64,000 bases of DNA. Source: a virus. Lineage: Duplodnaviria > Caudoviricetes. Positions 1-10,201 of the stretch are shown here, in pieces. The DNA is taken from positions 1 through 64,000 of the IMG/VR virus record IMGVR_UViG_3300014039_000028. One strand, given 5' to 3'. Positions within the stretch are counted from its first letter, which is position 1. Every line of letters starts with the position of its first letter. Under the pieces are notes generated by a model. It was given only the letters and a program-made list of their open reading frames with translations. It was not told the DNA's origin and did no database searches. The position numbers and the translations under genes are program-made.

Positions 1-32
1 GAATTGGTGACGAAGAAAAAGTTTAGACTCTG

Positions 33-61
33 TTGCCAAAGTTCCGTTTCCGTCATATCAT
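33..61 (+). promoter_or_regulatory. sigma70/A-type promoter upstream of the packaging operon
   Basis: TTGCCA(33-38)-17 bp-TATCAT(56-61). Confidence 0.5.
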
Positions 62-82
62 ACAAGAGAACATAGAAAATTT

Positions 83-132
83 CAGGCAGAGTGCTCAAGA
101 TAGATATAGCGTGGGCGGCTCTGCCTGTTTTT
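83..132 (+). terminator. terminator-like hairpin in the leader of the packaging operon
   Basis: CAGGCAGAG(83-91)...CTCTGCCTG(119-127) followed by TTTTT. Confidence 0.5.
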
Positions 133-157
133 GATTTGCAGGAGAGGAGGGCGCGCC

Positions 158-1162
158 ATGGCAGATAACACAGTCGTACAGCGGTGCTGTTTATGCGACA
201 GGGAGCTGAACGATACGAACGCATGGACGCTGCCTGAACGCTTTGGAAAGCGTTACTCCCCTTACTGCATCAAGTGTCAGCCCAAGGTTTACGACCAGCG
301 GGCGGCAACAGTCGGCTACAAGCTTGCAATGTTCCTTTGCGCGGCAGAGTTCAATATGCCGTATATGCCTGATCTCTTTAAGGCAGCGCAGAAGCTCCAG
401 AACGACAAGACGAACCCGTGGGCAGCATACACGGTGATCCTGTGTCAGAAAGGCTATCACAAGGGCGAGAGATTCGTTCAGTTCGTCGATGGCGTGACTG
501 ATATCAAGAAAGCCTTTGACGGCAAATCCGAGACGCTGTATGTCGACGATGAAATGCTCTGCGCAGAGGATTACGTTGAGGGGCGTGTGGCGCAGGAGAA
601 GAAATGGGGCAAAGGCCCCACGGATCACCCTTACACGCAGGAAGATTACGACAAGCTTGACCGCATTTACTCGGCCATAGCGGATGGTAGACCCGCAATA
701 GGCCCTCAGACGCAGATGGCGATAGAGAAAATATCTCGGTGGACACTTGAACAGGATTATTACTTTTACAACGGCGACCCGCAGAAGGCAAAACTGCTGG
801 GTGACCTGATAAAAAGCGAGATGGAAAACGAACAGCTTCGCAAGAAAGACGAGCTTCCGCAAGACCTCGAAAAGCTTGACGGCATAGTGAGAGCACTCGA
901 AGCCAAAGGACTGCTTGGACTGCCATTCCCGGAACTGCTGGCAAAGCTCCATCCTGAGTACCAAATGACAAAGGACGCGGCGGAGCAGATTCTCCTCGCG
1001 ATTTACAACACAAGCGCGTGGAACGAGGGACGCGCAGAGGTGGCCAGCCTGCCGCCCTCGCTCCGGCTTGATGACGAGCTGGGCGAGTTCATGCAAGAGC
1101 CCGACGAGGTCGAAAAAGAGATTTACCGCAAGCTCGACCTTGTCCGCGGTGATGCGAAATGA
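158..1162 (+). CDS. phage protein with N-terminal CxxC..CxxC motif, possible terminase small subunit
   Basis: RBS GGAGAGGAGG before ATG 158; stop overlaps TerL start (ATGA); function inferred from position only. Confidence 0.45.
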   Translation: MADNTVVQRCCLCDRELNDTNAWTLPERFGKRYSPYCIKCQPKVYDQRAATVGYKLAMFLCAAEFNMPYMPDLFKAAQKLQNDKTNPWAAYTVILCQKGYHKGERFVQFVDGVTDIKKAFDGKSETLYVDDEMLCAEDYVEGRVAQEKKWGKGPTDHPYTQEDYDKLDRIYSAIADGRPAIGPQTQMAIEKISRWTLEQDYYFYNGDPQKAKLLGDLIKSEMENEQLRKKDELPQDLEKLDGIVRALEAKGLLGLPFPELLAKLHPEYQMTKDAAEQILLAIYNTSAWNEGRAEVASLPPSLRLDDELGEFMQEPDEVEKEIYRKLDLVRGDAK

Positions 1163-2964
1163 GGAAGGACTACGTTTACAGCCGCAGAAGCGGCGGTTTC
1201 ATCAAAAAGCAGACCCGACAGGGTGTCAACTATGATGACTTCACCGACGAATGGTGGGCGCTTCTAATATCGTTTTTCCGGTATTATCCAGATTATCTGG
1301 AAGATATCACAGAGAATCCGAACTGCAAATATCACAACAGTCTGATAGGCCGCATAATGCGGCGAGCAATGGTACGTTACCGCATGGTGGACATCATAGG
1401 TTCGCGCGGAACGACCAAAACCAGCGCCGTGATAAGTTCGGCAAGCAATAAAGGCATCTTATACCCCGGCGAAGTCACAGCGTATTACGGCCCTTCCAAT
1501 AAGCAGACAGCAAAGATCGCGTCGGAGGCGTGGCACGAATATCAGTACAACTACCCGTATTTGGCGAAGCACTGGAACGTTAACAATGATTCGTCGGACA
1601 CCTTCAAGATAAGCACGGCAGAGGGCAGCGCAGTCGAAGTCGCAATAGACCGAGGACGCAATACCCACTGTGTCATAGGCGAAGAGTGTGGTCAGGAGGA
1701 CGGCTCAGTTCCATTCAACTGGTCAGACTTCAATCAGGTGGTCAAGGCAACAAACCGTTTGCAGCACCTGATTGATGGCGTTCCGGATCCGTCTCACCAA
1801 GACCTTGCCGAGATATACATCACGTCGGCAAGCTCGAAAGAGAACCCCGCCTACAGCGTTTACATCAAGGCGCGCAAGAAAATGGCTGATGGTGAAAGCG
1901 CTTTTGCTTGCGCGATCCCTTGGCAAGTTCCCGTTTTGTGTCATGTAAGGCCGTTTGAATATTACGACGGACTGAGAGACACGCTGACGAAAGAAGAGTT
2001 CATGCGTGAGTGCGAATCCAAATGCACCGGCAGCGTGGACAATCCCCTCCTTCGAGATCAGTATGTGCAGGACGCTAAGACGCTGACCATTATGGAGGAC
2101 AGGCATTGCGGCGACCCGAACGTGCGGTACTACATAGGCTACGACGTCTCGTACCGACAGAGAAATGGCAATGCAATGTGCGCCGAGGTAGTGTTGAAAA
2201 CCTACGAGCAGCGCAGGAGTACCAGTTTTAAGAAAGACTGTGTTTATTTGACCGACCTTCCCCCGCTTGATGCGGAGCGGCAGGCGCGGAGAATAAAGAA
2301 CCGTTGGGCGCAGTACCGTCTTGAGGGAGCGCCTGAACCAATCATCGTTATTGACTCATGGCAGTTCGGTGAGGCTGTTGTGCAGCAGCTCCATAGAGAC
2401 CTTGGAGATGGGCTTCCGCCCCTCTGTACGGTCAACAATGACGACCGATACCTCGATTTGGTTCAGAAAAACGCAAAACCGTGTATTTATTCACTTTATG
2501 CAACACCGGGGCGCAGTGGCGCAGACCCCAACATCGACATGCTCGACTACCTCACACGAGAGTTTGAACATGGCAATGTGGGATTGCTAATAACCAACGT
2601 ACACGAGGGTACACGGGCTTATAAAATGGCACACAACATCAAGGATGATACGCAGGATGTCAAAATCCAGCATCCGTACATCAAGACCAAGGAACTGTGC
2701 GACCAAATAGCTAACCTGCGCCGAAAGAAAACTGGCAGCGGTTGGACGCAGGAAGAGATAAACAAGCACATCAACAAGGACTTGTGGTCGGCAATGATGT
2801 ACGCCGCGAGGCCGATAAAGCTTGACGAGGATGCTTTCGTAGCGTCGCAGAACCGGCGCAAGAGTAGCTATCAGGAAGCGGCTGAACATCTCGACAGTGA
2901 GATAACATACGCGCCGGTGAGGACGCGGAGCGTCAGACGCCTTGGCCGAGGAGCAATAGTTTGA
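1159..2964 (+). CDS. terL: terminase large subunit
   Basis: 601 aa; Walker A-like GSRGTTKT, Walker B-like VIGEE, nuclease motif YIGYDVS; lies before portal. Confidence 0.85.
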   Translation: MRKDYVYSRRSGGFIKKQTRQGVNYDDFTDEWWALLISFFRYYPDYLEDITENPNCKYHNSLIGRIMRRAMVRYRMVDIIGSRGTTKTSAVISSASNKGILYPGEVTAYYGPSNKQTAKIASEAWHEYQYNYPYLAKHWNVNNDSSDTFKISTAEGSAVEVAIDRGRNTHCVIGEECGQEDGSVPFNWSDFNQVVKATNRLQHLIDGVPDPSHQDLAEIYITSASSKENPAYSVYIKARKKMADGESAFACAIPWQVPVLCHVRPFEYYDGLRDTLTKEEFMRECESKCTGSVDNPLLRDQYVQDAKTLTIMEDRHCGDPNVRYYIGYDVSYRQRNGNAMCAEVVLKTYEQRRSTSFKKDCVYLTDLPPLDAERQARRIKNRWAQYRLEGAPEPIIVIDSWQFGEAVVQQLHRDLGDGLPPLCTVNNDDRYLDLVQKNAKPCIYSLYATPGRSGADPNIDMLDYLTREFEHGNVGLLITNVHEGTRAYKMAHNIKDDTQDVKIQHPYIKTKELCDQIANLRRKKTGSGWTQEEINKHINKDLWSAMMYAARPIKLDEDAFVASQNRRKSSYQEAAEHLDSEITYAPVRTRSVRRLGRGAIV

Positions 2965-3338
2965 TGGATATTACGAAAAACAAGCTGTGGGCGCTTCCCA
3001 CGACTGATAAGAACCTGAAATTGCAGGAAACATTCAGCCATTTCTACTCTGACGCAGACCATATACTGATAATTTCTTCCGATAAGCCAAAGGGCGCGAT
3101 AGAGGTCACGCCTGACCTCGAATACCTCCTGGCACAGTCCGATTGGCTGTGGATATGGAGCGAAAGTAACGCGGTCCGATGCGAGGAAGAACTAAAATAC
3201 CGCAAAGAGCTTGACGATTACATGAAGGACTTTGAGAAGCGCTTCTTCGCAGAGCTCGATAAAATGCAGAAAGGTGGAGCGGACATTGGAAATACAGCAG
3301 ATGGGGCCGATGGAAGCTCCGGCAGCGACGAGCTATAA
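2961..3338 (+). CDS. hypothetical protein
   Basis: coupled to terL; protein-like composition. Confidence 0.6.
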   Translation: MMDITKNKLWALPTTDKNLKLQETFSHFYSDADHILIISSDKPKGAIEVTPDLEYLLAQSDWLWIWSESNAVRCEEELKYRKELDDYMKDFEKRFFAELDKMQKGGADIGNTADGADGSSGSDEL

Positions 3339-5013
3339 AGCACTCGGAGAGATATTGCAGAAAGCCAACAGCATGTACGGCGGCATGGGAATGAGCGACT
3401 ATTTCACCGCTTTTTCCGCTGCCGGTGGGCTTGGATTTCTGAACAACTGGCCGCAGATACAGAATACCCGCGTAAAGGGCATAAACACACGCCCTGCCGA
3501 GTTCACCAAAGATCAGATAAGCACGATGGTGCAAAACCCGGATGGCAGCGAAAAGAGCCTGAGAGCGGTTTCTGCGTCACTTGCGTACAGCACCAAGACT
3601 TATGATCTGATCCTCAAGACCTATCCCGATACGCTTACCTATTCATGGTACGTATATCCCACGTACACCGATGCAGAGGTAAGCAAAAAGGATAAATTGC
3701 GCGACATGCTGCTTGCGCAGCGGCTCGTTCAGACTGTGGGGGCGAAAGAAAAAGCCCATGAGCTGTGTGGACTGTGCATGAAATACGGCAAAGTGTTTGT
3801 TACCCCGCGTATTTCGGTCGACAAGAGCCACAATAAGATAAACTACGCTTTCTTGCAGGAGCTCCCTATGGACTGGTGCAAGATCGTAGGTTACAACAAC
3901 GGACCCGGCAAGTACACAGTGGCATTTAACCTTTTCTACTTCATGCGACCGGGCAACGACTGGCGTCAATTCGGAGACCTTTTCGAGCCGTACATGAGGG
4001 TTTTCGATGAGGTAGTTGTAAAAACGCCGGGAAAGTATGTTTACAACACCATCGACACGGACAAGTTCAAAGCCATTCACGCGAATGAGACAATAGGAAA
4101 TCCCGAATGGGTGGCCGTAGGACGACAGTATTTCTACTGGGTAACGCTCCCCGCAGACAGGGTATTCACCATAGAAGTGGACGATACCACTCCCCTTGTT
4201 ATCCCGCCGAACACCGGCATGTTCGTGTCGCTTACGCAGATACCTAATTACGAGGCGGCACAGCTCGAAATAATCCTCAATCCGTTGACGTCTGTGCTGA
4301 CCGGCTCGCTTGAAACCTATGATCCGAAGAGCGCAACAGATAACGACCCCATAAGGGTCTCAGACACGACGAGGAAGCTTTTCGAGTATCTGTGGTATCA
4401 GATGCTCAACAAGAACAACACAAGCGGCATAGGGCTTTACCTTGCGCCTGCGAAGGACTTGAAGCTTCAGACGATTTCTGACACCGTGGCAAACACGGAC
4501 ATAAGCTCGACGGCGTATTCAGACCAAATTCTCAAAGCTGGTCTCCCCTCTCTCATCCCCACCACAAACGACCCAAAGGTCGGCGTGGCGCAGCTTTCCG
4601 CTTGGCTTGCGGCTTCTTATGCCAAGTTCATATATGGCAGCATGGAGCGGATTATGAACTGGATGATAGAGAGCCTGAACTGCAAGACCCCGATGCGCTT
4701 CAAAATGTTCGGCGACATCTTCAAGATAGATGACGAAATTGAGAACGCACGCAAGGGCATGACCAACGGCTGTCTCACCGATACGCTCAAATATGATGCG
4801 CTGTCCGGACACACGATACTTGACGATATTGCAATATCTGATTTTGTGGACGAAAGCGGCGTGATGGATAAGCGCAGACCGCTTGTGACATCGTATTCAG
4901 CCAAGCAGGATACCAGCGGACTTCCGCCGCAGGCAAAAAAGGAAATCTCCGAGGACGGGCGACCGGAAGAACGCGGCAGCATAAACAGCGAGACGCATGA
5001 GGAAGAGATATGA
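3286..5013 (+). CDS. portal protein
   Basis: about 575 aa after terL; TTG start at 3286 with GGAG RBS; size and synteny. Confidence 0.7.
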   Translation: MEIQQMGPMEAPAATSYKALGEILQKANSMYGGMGMSDYFTAFSAAGGLGFLNNWPQIQNTRVKGINTRPAEFTKDQISTMVQNPDGSEKSLRAVSASLAYSTKTYDLILKTYPDTLTYSWYVYPTYTDAEVSKKDKLRDMLLAQRLVQTVGAKEKAHELCGLCMKYGKVFVTPRISVDKSHNKINYAFLQELPMDWCKIVGYNNGPGKYTVAFNLFYFMRPGNDWRQFGDLFEPYMRVFDEVVVKTPGKYVYNTIDTDKFKAIHANETIGNPEWVAVGRQYFYWVTLPADRVFTIEVDDTTPLVIPPNTGMFVSLTQIPNYEAAQLEIILNPLTSVLTGSLETYDPKSATDNDPIRVSDTTRKLFEYLWYQMLNKNNTSGIGLYLAPAKDLKLQTISDTVANTDISSTAYSDQILKAGLPSLIPTTNDPKVGVAQLSAWLAASYAKFIYGSMERIMNWMIESLNCKTPMRFKMFGDIFKIDDEIENARKGMTNGCLTDTLKYDALSGHTILDDIAISDFVDESGVMDKRRPLVTSYSAKQDTSGLPPQAKKEISEDGRPEERGSINSETHEEEI

Positions 5014-5165
5014 AAGATCTTGCTCAAGAGAAACCGCCTGAGTTATCTGCCGAAATGATAGCAATTATCAACCGACTGCTTCAAGAAGGCAAGCGGCTGG
5101 AAATTGCCGCGAAACCCAACGGGATTCACCTTTGGGAGATTAAAAACAAGAAAATAGAGATGTAA
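5010..5165 (+). CDS. small hypothetical protein, 51 aa (MKDLAQEKPP...)
   Basis: read manually; ATGA overlap with portal stop. Confidence 0.55.
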   Translation: MKDLAQEKPPELSAEMIAIINRLLQEGKRLEIAAKPNGIHLWEIKNKKIEM

Positions 5166-5193
5166 GGAACCTCATGTAGGAGGTTCGACAAAG

Positions 5194-5250
5194 CCAAAGC
5201 AGGGCTATTAGCACGAAGAAATTCGTGTTGGTAGCCCTGCTTTTTTATTT
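5194..5250 (+). terminator. intrinsic terminator
   Basis: AAAGCAGGGCTA...TAGCCCTGCTTTTTTT. Confidence 0.65.
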
Positions 5251-5272
5251 CACTGCAAGGGAGGAATGAGAC

Positions 5273-5800
5273 TTGAGAGACTTTTACGCCGCATATCGGG
5301 AGGACAGATATTCCTTCCTTTATGAACCGATGCGCAGAGCTATGAGCGCGATGGGAAATGCCATGTGGAGTTTCGCGGCGATAAAAGAACAGACATGGTA
5401 CAGCGGCTATGCGGCGCTGACACGAGCCATTCACGCGCTTGAACACAAGCAGCCGGAGTACATAGACCAGCTGAAAGACATCATGGCGAAGCTCGGTTTG
5501 CCGCTGGTTTATCCGACAATCCCGGAAATGCAGGACAGTTTTTCTTCCGTGGAAGAGGTGCTGGATAAGTGTATCAACCTCATCGACGGCGTTAACGACG
5601 GGCTGTCCGAGGTCATCGAGGTTTGCGACAATGCCAATTTCGAGCCGCTGGCACGCTATGCCGAGAACGTCCAGATGGAGAACTATCAGGACAGGCAGTG
5701 GCTGTGCGAGGCCAAGGCAATGGCGGAAAACGGCGGGATTAGCAGCACCAGTTTTGATAACTGGCTCAACCGCACGCTCAACGTGCCGCAGAAAGAGTGA
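5273..5800 (+). CDS. helical head-module protein, possibly ferritin-like four-helix bundle
   Basis: GGAGG RBS; helical pattern with HALEH...IDQL...LGLPLVYP; fold call tentative. Confidence 0.4.
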   Translation: MRDFYAAYREDRYSFLYEPMRRAMSAMGNAMWSFAAIKEQTWYSGYAALTRAIHALEHKQPEYIDQLKDIMAKLGLPLVYPTIPEMQDSFSSVEEVLDKCINLIDGVNDGLSEVIEVCDNANFEPLARYAENVQMENYQDRQWLCEAKAMAENGGISSTSFDNWLNRTLNVPQKE

Positions 5801-5806
5801 TGTCTT

Positions 5807-7183
5807 ATGGCCAAGAACAGATACAAAGGCGCTGAAATAACGCGCACATCGCGAGGGCAACTAAAAATTCTGTCCTCTGGCGATAGAAAACTCTACCGGG
5901 TCGAGCTGTGGATGCTGAACGACAAGGTGAACCGCAACAACTGGAAGTACATCAACCTCGCGGCGCACCTGCCTGAGTTCAAGGACATTCCCATTCTGAC
6001 GGCCTATCTCCCAAGCGGGAAGATCGGCGATGGGCACAACTACGACCTCAAGAGAGACCCGAAAACGGGTGAAACCTACGCTTCTTTTACTGCCGCCGAT
6101 GCCGAGAGGATAGTCGGCTGGATCCCGAAAGATGCGGATATCCGCTTAGAGCGGAAAGAAGACACAAGCTGGATAGTGGCCTCGGCATTTCTGTGGAAAT
6201 GGTACGCACCGGAATTGGTTGACATGATCGCTCGGCAGGGGAACGGCATGGAAATCTCCATAGAAACGCTGGTGACCAAAGAACATATGGAAGGCGACGT
6301 TGCGGTCGAAGAGGAATACGTAGTGCTCGGCGTCACCGTCCTTGGCGCGGGAGTTGCCCCGGCTGTAGCGGGTGCGACCATCCAGTCCCTCTCTGCGATG
6401 AGAAACAGCATGGAAAAGATGTGTCTCAAAGCTGCCTCATACGCAAAGGAAGCTACAGCCAAAACAACCACACACGACAAAGGAGTGAAAGAAAACATGA
6501 TTGACAAAGCACGACTCAAGGCGCTGTCGGAGAAGTTCAACGGCTATACCGTGGTCGGCGCTTCGAGCGATCTGAAACTTCTGGCTCTTGTGAACGCGAA
6601 CGGTGAGCCTTTTACCTACTCCGTCGAGGAGAGCGACAAGGGCAACATCATTCCTGACCGAATAATGAGAGCCAACGCCTACGTTTCCTACAAGATAGGC
6701 GAATCCGAAGTTCAGGCGAGTCTCGATGCCTTTATGGGCGAGGCTGAAATCCGCTACAACGCCGCAGCTGAGCAGGCAAAGACTGACGCAGATACCATCA
6801 AGCATCTTTCTGAGCAGATCACTGCGATGAAGAGCAAGGAGGACAAGCGCCGTCTGAGTGCCGCAAAAGCCGCCCTTGAGGATGAGTTCAAGCAGTGCAG
6901 CGGCGCGGAGGGCAAGTTCGACAGCGAAATCCTCAAAGACCTCAAGGCGAGGGTTGAGAACGGCGATTTCACCGCTCGTGAGGACGCTGACGGCAACTGG
7001 ATCGGCGAAGCGGAAGTACGCATGAGTGTCAAGGCGCTGTGCATGGACGAGCAGAAGAAGCTCGACGAAGCAGCTGCCAAAGCAAGCGAGAAGCACTACT
7101 TCGACTTCAACAACATCAAAGGCAACTCTGGCGGCAGTCCGCGCACTTTCGGCGAGCTTTTCAAGGGCGACGCTCACGAATAA
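5807..7183 (+). CDS. prohead protease/scaffold protein
   Basis: N-terminal VELWMLNDKVNRNNW region plus charged coiled-coil C-terminus; between portal and capsid. Confidence 0.65.
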   Translation: MAKNRYKGAEITRTSRGQLKILSSGDRKLYRVELWMLNDKVNRNNWKYINLAAHLPEFKDIPILTAYLPSGKIGDGHNYDLKRDPKTGETYASFTAADAERIVGWIPKDADIRLERKEDTSWIVASAFLWKWYAPELVDMIARQGNGMEISIETLVTKEHMEGDVAVEEEYVVLGVTVLGAGVAPAVAGATIQSLSAMRNSMEKMCLKAASYAKEATAKTTTHDKGVKENMIDKARLKALSEKFNGYTVVGASSDLKLLALVNANGEPFTYSVEESDKGNIIPDRIMRANAYVSYKIGESEVQASLDAFMGEAEIRYNAAAEQAKTDADTIKHLSEQITAMKSKEDKRRLSAAKAALEDEFKQCSGAEGKFDSEILKDLKARVENGDFTAREDADGNWIGEAEVRMSVKALCMDEQKKLDEAAAKASEKHYFDFNNIKGNSGGSPRTFGELFKGDAHE

Positions 7184-7204
7184 TGAAAAAGGAGTGACAA
7201 AATA

Positions 7205-7765
7205 ATGGCTTTTACTGAGAAAACCGCATTCCTTCCGAGAATGTGGAATAACCGCAACGACGACCTGCAGAACATCGCGGGTAAGTTCGGCAGCCTCTCC
7301 GGCACGACCTTCACCCCCGCTGACTGCTCCGCAGGCTTCATCTGCAATAAGGGCGCACACATGGCGACCGGCGGCTACCAGATGACCGCAGCCGCAGACG
7401 GCAAGCAGGACGTTTATTTCTGCAATCCCGGCGATGTCCAGCGCGGCGTGATCGGCAACGGTCTGTACGCAGAGGGTATCAACACTCTCGGCCTTGGCAT
7501 CCCGTCCGGTGTACTGGACACCTTCTCCAAGGCTATTCCCGGCGAGACCTACGCTTTCGGCGAAGGCAACTTCTCCACCGCTGTAGATGCCACGACCAAC
7601 ATCTACGCCACCATCGCCAATGGACTGCTCGTCGGCACCAACGCCGCACCTGCAGCCGGTTCGGGCATCTACTTTGAGCTTGATAAGGGGCTCGGCATCG
7701 ACGCCTGGACTGAGTCCAACTATAACGCGGGCAGCAGATTCAACATGCTGTGCCGCAAAGCATAA
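7205..7765 (+). CDS. capsid decoration/minor capsid protein
   Basis: Gly/Ala-rich, highly biased codons, directly before major capsid. Confidence 0.55.
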   Translation: MAFTEKTAFLPRMWNNRNDDLQNIAGKFGSLSGTTFTPADCSAGFICNKGAHMATGGYQMTAAADGKQDVYFCNPGDVQRGVIGNGLYAEGINTLGLGIPSGVLDTFSKAIPGETYAFGEGNFSTAVDATTNIYATIANGLLVGTNAAPAAGSGIYFELDKGLGIDAWTESNYNAGSRFNMLCRKA

Positions 7766-7785
7766 GGAAGGGAGGAAGCACAACA

Positions 7786-9021
7786 ATGAATGAACTGCTG
7801 AAGTTTAACTCTGCCCTCGGCAACCTGACCAGCAAACCGCTGTCCGGTGACGAGTACGCAGACCTTGTTACTCGCGGTAGGATTCTCGCGCTTGAGAAGG
7901 CCGGTCGCGAGAAAAACAGAGCGCTTGCCGCTGCTGGCAAGCCCACTGAGGACTTTGCGTTTGCCTGCAACAGCGCGAAGGCTTTTGAGGAGCAGTGCCG
8001 AGAGTGGACTGATGACGTGCTCTACTTTGCCGCTTCCAAGGCAAATTCCGTTGTCGGCAAGTCTACTGACCGCAAGGATCGCAGCACTTTTGCCAATATG
8101 TCTCTCGCCACCGACCCCATCTTCCTCAAGGTCATGGCAACCATCATCGGGGCTACCTACTACCCCGTAACTCCTGCCCTCATTTCCCCGCTGGTGGGTG
8201 AAATGGTTTCCGTGGAGACCACACCCAAGGGCAAGACCAAGACCATCAACGTGACTTCCAACGCTGTGTTCCAGTACAGAGACACCTCTTGGACTGCTCT
8301 GCGCAGCGTGCCGCAGGATCAGCTCTACGGCAACACTATCACGCTCAACCCCAAGCCTTTTGCCACTCGCGGCGTTATCAACTTCTACCAGATGATCGGC
8401 AACGAGGGCAACCTCGTCGATACCGTCGCCGCAATGGCTGGCGGCTATGCGGCCTACATCATGCAGAAGTTCACCACCGCCTTCGTTGAGGTTGCGGGCA
8501 ACACCAAGTACGTCCCCTCCGCTCTGAAAGCCACCAGCTACACGAGCAACAACTGGGCGACCGTCTGCCAGAACGTTGCAAAGGCTAACCGTGTTCGCCG
8601 CGATCAGCTCATCGGCTACGGTGATTTCATGGCGCTGCGCAATGTCATCCCCGATACCACCGGGCTTGCCAGCGCGATCATGTACCAGCTCGGCGATCAG
8701 TACTTCCGCAACGGCTACATAACCTCCAAGGATGGCGTGCTTCTCTACGAGATTCAGCCCACCTCCACGCCGGAGACCATCAACACTACCCTGACCAGCA
8801 TCTTCCCGACCGACATGATCATCATCGCTGCCCGCGCAAACGAGCGCTATGCACCTATGGTCATGTGCTTCGAGGAGGGCGCTGACACTCAGATCACCCT
8901 CACTCCGGGCGAGGACACCATCGCAACCGGCAGAATCGAGCTTCTGCAGGTCGACAGCGTCGATATTGCCCCCGTCCTGGCAAGCCGTATAGGCATCATC
9001 TCTGGCGTCACCAGCGCCTGA
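7786..9021 (+). CDS. major capsid protein
   Basis: 411 aa, GGAGG RBS, strongly biased codons, followed by terminator. Confidence 0.75.
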   Translation: MNELLKFNSALGNLTSKPLSGDEYADLVTRGRILALEKAGREKNRALAAAGKPTEDFAFACNSAKAFEEQCREWTDDVLYFAASKANSVVGKSTDRKDRSTFANMSLATDPIFLKVMATIIGATYYPVTPALISPLVGEMVSVETTPKGKTKTINVTSNAVFQYRDTSWTALRSVPQDQLYGNTITLNPKPFATRGVINFYQMIGNEGNLVDTVAAMAGGYAAYIMQKFTTAFVEVAGNTKYVPSALKATSYTSNNWATVCQNVAKANRVRRDQLIGYGDFMALRNVIPDTTGLASAIMYQLGDQYFRNGYITSKDGVLLYEIQPTSTPETINTTLTSIFPTDMIIIAARANERYAPMVMCFEEGADTQITLTPGEDTIATGRIELLQVDSVDIAPVLASRIGIISGVTSA

Positions 9022-9029
9022 TAATCCGC

Positions 9030-9060
9030 AAGCAGAGGAGGGACAACCTCCCTCCTCTGT
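9030..9060 (+). terminator. hairpin after capsid gene
   Basis: GCAGAGGAGGGA-CAACC-TCCCTCCTCTGT. Confidence 0.5.
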
Positions 9061-9088
9061 CATCTGCCATGAAAGGAGAAATTGAGAG

Positions 9089-9736
9089 ATGGCAATGAGC
9101 GAAGAGCAGAAAAGAAAAATGGCCGAGGGCAGGAAGAAGAAAGCGGCTGAAAAGGCTGCCGAAGCTGCCAAGCCGAAAGAGGCGGAGAAGCCCGCAGAGC
9201 CTGTTGTACAGGCAGTATATGTCACTCCCAACGAGAAGATGGTGCAGTGCATCTACATTGACAGCGTTATCCCAAATAACGAGATCATCATCGGCAATGG
9301 CCGAAAGATAAGCGGCAGCGGACGAGTGTTCTCTGTCCCCCTGAGCGAGTTTGAGAGCACGTTCATCACACCGCTTATAGCAAAACTCATCAAAACCCGA
9401 AGAATCATAGTGCTGGACGGCCTGACCGACGAGCAGAGAAGCCTTTATGACTGCGAGTATGCCGAAAATGAAGTCATCCGCCGCGAGGGTGTTTTCGATT
9501 TCTTCTTCAAGAAGGAAATCCCCGAAGCCGCAGAGATATTTGGCAGTCTGTGTGCGGAGCATCAGGAACTTGTTGCGGCACGTTTCATGGATGCCTACCT
9601 GAGCGACAGCAGCCCCCTCAAACGGTATGTAAGCCGCGCCAGAGTCGTAGCACTCAACAATATATCCAAGGAAAAGCACAACGGCGACGGCATTTTCAAG
9701 CCCATGCTCGAAGCGCTGAACGCAGAAGAAGTCTAA
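9089..9736 (+). CDS. hypothetical phage protein
   Basis: RBS; Lys/Ala/Glu-rich N-terminus. Confidence 0.65.
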   Translation: MAMSEEQKRKMAEGRKKKAAEKAAEAAKPKEAEKPAEPVVQAVYVTPNEKMVQCIYIDSVIPNNEIIIGNGRKISGSGRVFSVPLSEFESTFITPLIAKLIKTRRIIVLDGLTDEQRSLYDCEYAENEVIRREGVFDFFFKKEIPEAAEIFGSLCAEHQELVAARFMDAYLSDSSPLKRYVSRARVVALNNISKEKHNGDGIFKPMLEALNAEEV

Positions 9737-9754
9737 TCAGGAGGACATACCCCG

Positions 9755-10201
9755 ATGAATGAAGTGGTCATTGCGATACTCGGCGGAAGCGCCGGAGCAG
9801 CCGTTATAAACGGCATAGTCAAGCTCACCGAGCTGATTGTGAACAGGAAGGCGCAGAAAGCTGATCGAGCGGAAGCCAAGGCAGACAATGACAGGCTTCA
9901 GGACAACGACATTACAGAGCTTAAAGACGATATCAAGTCCATTAAGGAAAGCATAAATGTCCTTACAAAAAGCAATGAGGACTTGATAGAGAGCGAGCGA
10001 GAGACACTTGGAGATCGAATAAAGCATCTCGGCTTGAAATACATCGAGCAGGGCTACGTTTGGTCGAATGACCTCGAAGATTTGATCCGGATGCACAAGG
10101 TATACCACGACACACTCAAAGGGAACGGCTTTTATGACACGCTCATGGCAAGCGTGAGGGCGCTCCCAATCAGAAAAGAAGAAAGGAAGATACAAAAATG
10201 A
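9755..10201 (+). CDS. holin-like membrane protein
   Basis: N-terminal TM (VVIAILGGSAGAAVINGIV), coiled coil, C-terminal LKGNG motif. Confidence 0.55.
   Translation: MNEVVIAILGGSAGAAVINGIVKLTELIVNRKAQKADRAEAKADNDRLQDNDITELKDDIKSIKESINVLTKSNEDLIESERETLGDRIKHLGLKYIEQGYVWSNDLEDLIRMHKVYHDTLKGNGFYDTLMASVRALPIRKEERKIQK

Noticed and set aside
6437-9252. Long minus-strand ORFs 6437..7786 and 7720..9252 (also 15009..16238, 28272..29051, 43431..44267)
   Set aside because: Antisense shadows of strongly codon-biased genes; no RBS or recognisable motifs.
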